A stretch of DNA of 64,000 bases from Candidatus Hydrogenedentota bacterium (lineage in GTDB: Bacteria > Hydrogenedentota > Hydrogenedentia > Hydrogenedentales > SLHB01). The position numbers and the translations under genes are program-made. A model generated the notes under the pieces. That model did not search any database, was not told the origin of the DNA, and was given only the letters and a program-made list of their open reading frames with translations. Location of the stretch: contig BTWA01000028.1 of NCBI GenBank assembly GCA_045863295.1, positions 5,274 to 69,273 of the forward strand. Direction: 5' to 3'. Shown one piece after another: positions 57,176-64,000 of this stretch (position 1 is its first letter; each line of letters starts with the position of its first letter).

Positions 57176-58171
57176 ATGCACATGAAAATAGGTGTTTGCA
57201 TCGTACTCGCGGGCATGATGGCGGGATGCGGCGGGCAGTCCCCTGCGGGAAATGAACCTTCGCAGTCTTCGCAGCCAGTTTCGCCCACCGCGGACACGGT
57301 CAAGGTGGCTTTCGTCACTAACAACCCCTCAGACTTCTGGAAGATTGCCGAAGCCGGTACCCGGAAAGCCTCCGAGGAATTGGGGTGCGAGGTGGAGTTT
57401 CGGGTACCTCCCAATGGCACGGCGCAGGAACAGCAGTCCATTCTTGAGGATCTCGTTACCCGGGGTATCGACGGCATTGCCATCAGCCCGAAAGATCCCG
57501 TGAATCAAACGTCCATGCTCAACGCAGCGGCGGCCAAGGTGCCGTTGGTGACGCAGGACTCCGACGCGCCTGACAGCGACCGCATCTGCTATATCGGCAC
57601 AGACAATTACGAAGCGGGTATTGCCGCGGGAGGACTCATCAAGCGCGCCCTCCCGGAAGGCGGAAAGATCATGTTGTTTGTGGGCACGTTGGATGCTCAA
57701 AACGCACAGGATCGCAAGCGTGGAATCGAGGAAGCGTTGAAGGGGTCCAACATCACGATTGTCGACACGCGCACTGACGAAACCGATCGCGTAAAGGCGA
57801 TCAACAACGTTCAGGACGCGCTCGTATCGACGCCCGATTTGGTGGGAATGGTCGGTCTTTGGAGTTATAACGGCCCGGCGATTCTGAATGGCGTACGCGA
57901 TTCGCGCAAACTGGGCCGAGTAAAAATCATCTGCTTCGACGAGGAAGAGGAAACGCTCCAAGGCGTAAAGGACGGCCATATCGCGGGAACTATTGTGCAG
58001 CAGCCGTTCGAGTTTGGCTATCAATCAGTTAAATTGCTGGTGCAGTTGGCGGCGGGTGATCAATCCGGAGTTCCGGAATCGAAACAGCTGGTCATACCGG
58101 TAAAGACAATTACCCAGGAAAACTTGGAAGCGTTTTGGAGCGAACTCAAGCAACAGACGGGCAAAGCGTGA
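57176..58171 (+). CDS. Sugar ABC transporter substrate-binding lipoprotein (PBP type 1, RbsB/XylF-like)
   Basis: ATG at 57176 (GGGGGAGG upstream). Lipobox LAGMMAGCGG. ...VKVAFVTNNPSDFWKIAEAGTRKA... resembles RbsB-like binding proteins. Confidence 0.8.
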   Translation: MHMKIGVCIVLAGMMAGCGGQSPAGNEPSQSSQPVSPTADTVKVAFVTNNPSDFWKIAEAGTRKASEELGCEVEFRVPPNGTAQEQQSILEDLVTRGIDGIAISPKDPVNQTSMLNAAAAKVPLVTQDSDAPDSDRICYIGTDNYEAGIAAGGLIKRALPEGGKIMLFVGTLDAQNAQDRKRGIEEALKGSNITIVDTRTDETDRVKAINNVQDALVSTPDLVGMVGLWSYNGPAILNGVRDSRKLGRVKIICFDEEEETLQGVKDGHIAGTIVQQPFEFGYQSVKLLVQLAAGDQSGVPESKQLVIPVKTITQENLEAFWSELKQQTGKA

Positions 58172-59199
58172 GAAAGTCAGTCGGCTTGACAGGTTTCTTG
58201 GCTGTCTTGGTGGCAGGTACTATCGCCTGGGAACTGGCCACAACGGGTAGAACGACCTTTCTCACAGCTGAGAATGGTAAGAATCTGCTGACGCTAGTTG
58301 GGCTTTACGGTATTTTGAGCCTCGGCCAGTCGATCGTCATTATCACCGGGGGTATCGATCTTTCCGTCGGCAGTCTGGTTTGCCTTGCGGGGTCTTGCGC
58401 TGCTTTATGGATGGACAAGGGAGACGGGACTTCACCCTACATTGCTATCCCCGCGGTCCTATTCCTGTGCGCTGGCGTGGGCCTATGGCACGGCGTACTC
58501 ATCACTAAAGCGCGCATGCAACCATTCGTGGTTACACTTTGCAGCCTTTTCTTCCTGCGTGGGTTTGCGCGGTTGATCACAGAGGACGGCACACAAGGGT
58601 TTGGCAGCGCGTTCGAAGGGTTGCGCTGGCTGGGCGGCGGTTCAATTTACGATCTTATTGGCGGCCGTGCCGACGGCATGGTACCCCCGCCCGAAAGTTT
58701 CATTCACATAGCCATGGACCTGATGCCTGCCTCGTTCCTGGTCATGTTGGTGCTGGCCTTGGTTCTTGGCCTTTACCTGCACCAGTCGCCGCAAGGACGG
58801 CACATATTTGCCCTTGGCGCCAATGAAGAGGCGGCCCGTTTCAGCGGAATTCGCACGAACCGGCTCAAGTTGATCGCCTACATTGCATGTAGTCTGATAT
58901 CCGGACTGGGTGGTTTGCTCATGGCATTCAAAAGTAACTCCATTCAGCCCTCCAACTTCGGCAGCTTCTATGAGTTGTACGCCATTGCCGGCGCGGTTCT
59001 CGGTGGTTGCAGTCTGCGCGGAGGGTCGGGCGTAGTTGTGGGAGTTGTACTTGGCACCGCGATAATCCGCGTTTTGTACAATATGGTCAATTTGCTGAGC
59101 ATCCCCAGTCAGTTGGAGTATGTTGTGATTGGTGGTGTAATCCTTGTGGGCGTGTTCGCCGATGAGGTATTTTCACAGCGGTCACGAACCGCACGTTAG
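58167..59199 (+). CDS. ABC transporter permease (RbsC/branched-sugar type)
   Basis: About 10 TM helices with ...ITGGIDLSVGS... typical of RbsC-family permeases. GTG at 58167 overlaps the binding-protein stop. The ATG at 58135 lies inside the upstream gene. Confidence 0.75.
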
Positions 59200-59230
59200 A
59201 ACCACGATCGACCGGATCGGACAGAGCCCT

Positions 59231-61483
59231 ATGTCGAATTACGAATACGCCGGATACCTGAAATCCATCCTTTACGCTCCAGACCCGGGCGAAGCAGCCA
59301 GGGCGGAATCGGTTTTTTTCAGCGCGGACGACATCGCAAAGTGGAGCGTCAAGGATTTTGACGTGGAAGCGGAGTGGAAGCGGATTCCAGTCCACCGATC
59401 GCGAACGGACCAGGGTGTCCGGTTGGTTGGCCGGTTTGAAGACGTCACCCGAATTGATCTGGTGCCCAAAAATGCACCCCGCTTTTGGGTGCCCTTGGGA
59501 ACGCTCAATCTTCAGGACAACCGCTTTCCCATTGATCTGAACTGGTACCCGATTCTTGAAGTAACCTACCGGTGCGCGAGCCCGAACGCAAGCCCGTGCT
59601 TGGCGTGGACGTATGCCGGAGGAAAGTGTTTGGAATCCCTGCCGGTTACTCAAGCGATGCGGACGGTGGTCAAGATGCTGCCTTGGAACGGCTTTCCCAC
59701 TTTCCTGGACAAGCTCGTCTTGCGGCTGTACTCCAATTCCCGTACCACAGAGACCCTTGAAGTTGAGTCTATTCGATTCCGCAAGTTGACGCCCGAAGAG
59801 CGGGAGGCTTGCGACCGCGATCTTGCCCGCCTGGATTCCACTCCTCGTCCGATGGCCAAGGAATGCTCGGCGTCGTTCTCGCCACTGGGCGTGACCATGA
59901 ACGCGGACACGGTGCGCCGCAATGCCCAACTCCTGGGGGTATCGTTAGGCGAGTATTGGGATCTGGCGATGGAGGACATCGTCCGTCATCACCACAATGC
60001 GGTCATTCTGGATCGAGCCCAGGAGTTGTCGGAACCGGAGTGGTCGGACTTGTTGTCGACCATGGCGCATCACGGGGTGCGGCTCGTACCTCAACTAAAC
60101 TTGGACGTTGAGAATGAAGAGTACGTTCGGGAAGCGGTGGAGGCCTACGTCCGGCCACGAGCCGGCGACGATACCATTCTTGCGTGGCGAGTGAGCGGAT
60201 GTGATGAAGACACGTCGTTGCACAAGCTGATCGCGCTCCGCAAACTGGTGGACGAGGCCGACTCGCGGCATCCGCTTGCCATTTGCACACGCGGAATCAA
60301 CTCATATGCTGCTCTTGCTCCTCATTTTGATATCAGCGGAATCTCGTATGTCGAATCGCATTCGCCGTGGCAGTTGGGCGAAGTGGTGCGCACTCACCAG
60401 CAATTGTGCAAGGGACAACAGTTCTGGCTCGACGGTCCGGCGTTCGTCTACGCGACAGATACGCCGGAGTGGAGTACCTGCCCTGAAATGCGACTGATGG
60501 TAAATCTTGCATTTGCCAACGGCGCCCGTGGATGGTTTAGCCATGCATACTGCAACGATCCGTTTTGGGTTACTGGCAGTTATCAAAGGACCTTAACCGG
60601 GCCCTTTCTCACGTTCAGCGACCTATGGCTGGAATTGGACCGGCGGATGGAGCGCCTCGCGGCAGTTACGCCGCTGCTGCTGGAAACCGAGCCTGCGTCT
60701 ATTCCTCGATTGTGGTACGCCCAGAGTTCCATTGCCGAAGACAACTATAAATTGCCGGAGGGCATGGCGGCCGTAAGCTCTTACCGGCTCAAGGGTCCCG
60801 ACTTCGACCTCTTTTTTGTGGTCAGCAATGACGTGCGCGGCATGTCCGCGCTGTACGCCAACATTCCGCAGGATGCGTTAGAAGGGAATCAAATCTACGA
60901 CCTGACTGACTTCATGCAAGAGCGGGTATGGAAGCCGATGAATCTTGAGCGCCATTTGGAAATGTTTCCGGGGCAAGCGCAGGTGGTATTGCTGGGCCGG
61001 CCAGAAGTATGCGATCGGATTCACCACGTGGTGTCGAAGCACCTTATCAATGTGGATATGCAGCAATTAAATTTCTATTTGAAGATGGCACGCACCTATG
61101 GATTGGATATGGGGCCGGTCGAAGATCTCCTAAGCAAAGCTACAACCGGAGACACGCTCATTGATCTGGCCATGACCGATCAGGCGCGCGACTTGTTGGT
61201 GGACATGATCTACAATACGCCGGACATCTTCCAACCCAGAAGCCATATTATTGAAATCAGCTCAGCCCTTTGCGCGTGCGACGGTGTCCTCTGCAGGATG
61301 ATGAGCCGGGGCAAGGTGGAAGAAGCGATGGAATGGGGGCAGCGTGTAATTCCGCTGGCCCGTGAGGTGACGCGTTACCGCATTGAATTGCGGCGTGGGC
61401 TTGGTCACGACATCACCCCGCATACGGCGGATATAGTGAAGCGCACCCATTCACTGCTCAATGAGTTACGAAATCTGCGGTGA
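59231..61483 (+). CDS. Large hypothetical protein (about 750 aa), possibly a TIM-barrel glycosidase-like enzyme
   Basis: ATG at 59231 (MSNYEYAGYLKSILY...). No unambiguous motif. The middle region (...HNAVILDRAQELSEPEWSDLLSTMAHHGVRLVPQLN...) is suggestive of a glycoside-hydrolase-like barrel, but this is unsupported by any signature. Confidence 0.45.
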   Translation: MSNYEYAGYLKSILYAPDPGEAARAESVFFSADDIAKWSVKDFDVEAEWKRIPVHRSRTDQGVRLVGRFEDVTRIDLVPKNAPRFWVPLGTLNLQDNRFPIDLNWYPILEVTYRCASPNASPCLAWTYAGGKCLESLPVTQAMRTVVKMLPWNGFPTFLDKLVLRLYSNSRTTETLEVESIRFRKLTPEEREACDRDLARLDSTPRPMAKECSASFSPLGVTMNADTVRRNAQLLGVSLGEYWDLAMEDIVRHHHNAVILDRAQELSEPEWSDLLSTMAHHGVRLVPQLNLDVENEEYVREAVEAYVRPRAGDDTILAWRVSGCDEDTSLHKLIALRKLVDEADSRHPLAICTRGINSYAALAPHFDISGISYVESHSPWQLGEVVRTHQQLCKGQQFWLDGPAFVYATDTPEWSTCPEMRLMVNLAFANGARGWFSHAYCNDPFWVTGSYQRTLTGPFLTFSDLWLELDRRMERLAAVTPLLLETEPASIPRLWYAQSSIAEDNYKLPEGMAAVSSYRLKGPDFDLFFVVSNDVRGMSALYANIPQDALEGNQIYDLTDFMQERVWKPMNLERHLEMFPGQAQVVLLGRPEVCDRIHHVVSKHLINVDMQQLNFYLKMARTYGLDMGPVEDLLSKATTGDTLIDLAMTDQARDLLVDMIYNTPDIFQPRSHIIEISSALCACDGVLCRMMSRGKVEEAMEWGQRVIPLAREVTRYRIELRRGLGHDITPHTADIVKRTHSLLNELRNLR

Positions 61484-61793
61484 CGCAATGGTACCCCTGG
61501 CCGGATTCCGGCCCGGAATTACAATACTGCGATTCCCTGGGAACTCTGGCAGCCAGCCAGACATTGTAATGGGTAGGATCGCCGGATTCAGACTCAATTT
61601 ACATCCCCCGTGGAGCCAACCCCTTTCAACCGCAACGGGTTAGGCGATATACTGTGCCGAAAGAAACCGGAAGTCGATCGGCGAAACCGTAGCCTTTCTG
61701 GTGCTTGGCAGGTGGACCGGGATGCCAATGCGGATGGCTGCGCGTACAAGCGAACACGGTGGAAGTCCTGCTTGTCCCTAGCCAGATCCGAAC

Positions 61794-62637
61794 TATGGAA
61801 AAGAAACTGCATTGGACGTTTCGAATGAGGAAGGAGCGTTGCGCGTTGCTTAGAATTCCCTTAATCCTTTGGGTCGCCTTGGGGGCGCATTTCTGCGCAT
61901 GGTCCCATGCGCAGGATATTCCAAATCTGGAATCCGGCACCCCTTCCGAGACCGCTGCCAGCCAGGAAGCCTCATCGTCCACCGACAATGCCGGTGCCGG
62001 TAGCGGATTTGAGGCCATGACCTTGATGGACATGATTCGTGCGGGCGGCGTGATTTTGTACGCCATCATGGCGTTGAGTGTCTTTTCGCTGGTTATGGCC
62101 GTGTATTACCTGATTACCATAACGCCGGGCAGAGAGGCGCCTTCGTCGCTAATGAAACGCGCGGTAGCCCAGGTTCGTGCGGGGGATGTTCGAGGCGCAT
62201 ATCAAATGTGTGAGGAACGCGACGAACTGCTGGCGAATGTACTGCGGGCTGGACTCAAGATGTATGGGCATGACCGTTTTGTGATCCAAGAGGCGATGGA
62301 GAGCGAGGGCGAACGCGGAGCCGCACAACTCTGGCAACGTATTTCCTATCTTAACAATGTCGGCGCAATCGCACCATTGTTGGGCCTGTTGGGCACGGTG
62401 TGGGGCATGATGGGCGCGTTTGGAACCATCGCATTTAACAACACGGAATCTCGCGGCGAAGCAATGGCCTATAGCGTGGCGCAGGCCATGGTGACTACTG
62501 CCGCGGGCTTGATGCTGGCGATACCGGCTCTTCTCATCTACTACTATCTGCGAGGCCGTGTGGTCGCCATTGTGTGTTCGGTAGAATCATCTGCGACAGA
62601 GATGGTCGAACTACTGGCGCGGAGAAAAGAGGAATGA
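61794..62637 (+). CDS. exbB: MotA/TolQ/ExbB proton-channel family protein with N-terminal signal/extension
   Basis: C-terminal core ...NNVGAIAPLLGLLGTVWGMMGAFGTIA... with 3 TM helices. The N-terminus (MRKERCALLRIPLILWVALGAHFCAWSHA) looks like a signal peptide. Confidence 0.8.
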
Positions 62638-63056
62638 ATTTTCGTAAGCACAGCGAGCATGAAGACAGCTCTCTCCAACTGGCACCGCTTATTGACATCG
62701 TCTTCTTGACGCTGGTGTTTTTCATGACAACCACGGTTTACTCCTCTCAAGAACGCGAAGTGGACATTCAATTACCCACGGCGAGCACCTCTCAGCAAAT
62801 TGAGCGGGCACGCGGCGAGATTTATATAAACATTCGAGAAGACGGACAGGTTGTCTTGAACAACCGCGAACTTACCCTCCCCGAATTGCAGGAAGTGTTA
62901 TTTCAGGTGGCAGAGAGTTTTCCAGGCGGTTCGGTGATTGTTCGCGGCGACAGGCTTTCTCACTTGGGTGTGGCCCTTGGCGTATTGGACTGTTGCCGCA
63001 AAGCCGACATACAAAACGTGTCGTTTGCGGCAGTGCAGGATGAGTATGCGCAATAA
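62634..63056 (+). CDS. exbD: ExbD/TolR biopolymer transport protein
   Basis: ATG overlaps the exbB TGA (ATGA). ...LAPLIDIVFLTLVFFMTTT... TM helix followed by a periplasmic domain. Confidence 0.8.
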   Translation: MNFRKHSEHEDSSLQLAPLIDIVFLTLVFFMTTTVYSSQEREVDIQLPTASTSQQIERARGEIYINIREDGQVVLNNRELTLPELQEVLFQVAESFPGGSVIVRGDRLSHLGVALGVLDCCRKADIQNVSFAAVQDEYAQ

Positions 63057-64000
63057 ATTCGGCATTTGGGCGGCGACTGCCCTGATTTTCGCATCCGGGA
63101 CAGTAGCGTCCTCCGCGCAGGATTCCGCTGAACAGGCCAAGATTGACGTGGCAAACAGCTTCTTTGCGTACGGGTTTCACGATATTGCTGCCGAATCGTA
63201 TCGCGAGTATTTGGATGCGTATCCAGAAGGTGCCTTTGCTACGGCTGCGTGGTACCGGCTCGGTGAAAGCGAGTATAACGCGCGTCTATATGATTCCGCG
63301 CTGGCGGCGTTTGGCGAGTTGCTCAAGCGTGAGGTCGACACTGAGACAAGACTCCAAGCCACCCTACGGCGAGGCGAGATCCTCTACCGACTGGAACGAC
63401 CGGACGAGGCTGTCCCTGTGCTCGAGTCTTTGGTGGGGCCCGACATTACAAGCGATGTCCGGGCCGGGGCGTTGTACTACCTGGGCAAACTCCGATTTGA
63501 CGGCGGCGATCCCGCGGCGGCCGCGAATGCATTGCAGATGCTCATCCAGGAAATACCAGAGACTCCCCTGGTTCCGTATGCCCGGTATCAGTTGGGCATG
63601 GTCCTACTGGCGCAGAATGCACTCGATTCTGCGGCGGCGGAATTCGCGGCGGTATCAGCGTCAGATGCAGATTCCACGCTTCGAATGGAGAGTCTGTTTC
63701 GCGCGGCAGAAACCTACGATAGGCTCGGCTGGTTCGATGCTGCTGAAAAGACTTACCGGCAACTGCAAACGGATTTCCCGGAATCCGTATACGCGGAACG
63801 GGCAGCGTACGGATATGCATGGGCTTTGTTTCACGCCGGCAAGTTTGATCAGTCTCGCGCGTCGGCCGCTGACTTTGCGAAGAAATACCCGCAATCCGAA
63901 TTTGTCGCAGGAATGCGCTACCTGGAGGCCAATTGCGTTCAACAGTCCAAGGACTACAACGCAGCGCTCGAACTGTATCAATCGGTGCAGGCGGACTTTC
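63040..64000 (+). CDS. TPR-repeat secreted protein, partial (runs off the right window edge)
   Basis: Not in the ORF track (no stop). MSMRNKFGIWAATALIFASGTVASSAQ signal peptide, then repeated TPR-like units (...AAWYRLGESEYNARLYDSALAAFGELL..., ...ARYQLGMVLLAQNALDSAAAEF..., ...AYGYAWALFHAGKFDQS...). Confidence 0.65.
   Translation, partial: MSMRNKFGIWAATALIFASGTVASSAQDSAEQAKIDVANSFFAYGFHDIAAESYREYLDAYPEGAFATAAWYRLGESEYNARLYDSALAAFGELLKREVDTETRLQATLRRGEILYRLERPDEAVPVLESLVGPDITSDVRAGALYYLGKLRFDGGDPAAAANALQMLIQEIPETPLVPYARYQLGMVLLAQNALDSAAAEFAAVSASDADSTLRMESLFRAAETYDRLGWFDAAEKTYRQLQTDFPESVYAERAAYGYAWALFHAGKFDQSRASAADFAKKYPQSEFVAGMRYLEANCVQQSKDYNAALELYQSVQADF

Noticed and set aside
1-64000. Searched for CRISPR arrays, transposase/integrase genes, rRNA, and long direct or tandem repeats
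   Set aside because: None found. Apart from the short palindromes reported above there is no periodic repeat-spacer structure, no IS-like terminal inverted repeats flanking a transposase, and no rRNA-like conserved stretches.

Overview
The window is about 60% GC and gene-dense: roughly 58 protein-coding genes on both strands, with no rRNA, tRNA, CRISPR array, transposase or integrase that I could recognise. Most of the content is housekeeping or metabolic. There are also several glycosyltransferases, a small set of carbohydrate-active genes, and many secreted or lipoprotein genes. Together with a Planctomycete-type cytochrome c motif (CxxCH), this suggests a PVC-like (Planctomycetota/Verrucomicrobiota) or similar environmental heterotroph, but that is inference only. 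The best candidate for an undescribed system is a tightly overlapping four-gene minus-strand operon at about 37.9-42.0 kb. It encodes a standalone C39 cysteine peptidase with intact Q/C/H motifs, a RimK-like ATP-grasp ligase with a long N-terminal domain, a GCS2 (YbdK-type) carboxylate-amine ligase and an N-formylglutamate-amidohydrolase-like enzyme. I read it as a predicted but uncharacterised peptide or glutathione-like metabolite ligation-and-processing module. Other points worth a second look:
- a two-gene nucleotidyltransferase-fold module with a stop/start overlap (29.7-30.5 kb);
- a three-domain redox protein (42.2-44.0 kb);
- paired zinc-ribbon/coiled-coil proteins (48.9-51.5 kb);
- orphan or incomplete ABC transporter halves;
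- E2+E3 genes with no E1;
- tandem TGAACA/TGTTCA palindromes (about 22.96-23.01 kb);
- a nested inverted-repeat element at 53.28-53.36 kb.
Two real genes are absent from the supplied ORF track: rpmG (L33, 44615-44785) and a gene truncated at the left window edge (1-412, minus strand). The ORF track prints M for GTG/TTG starts as well as ATG, so several starts were re-chosen using ribosome-binding sites and homologue N-termini.
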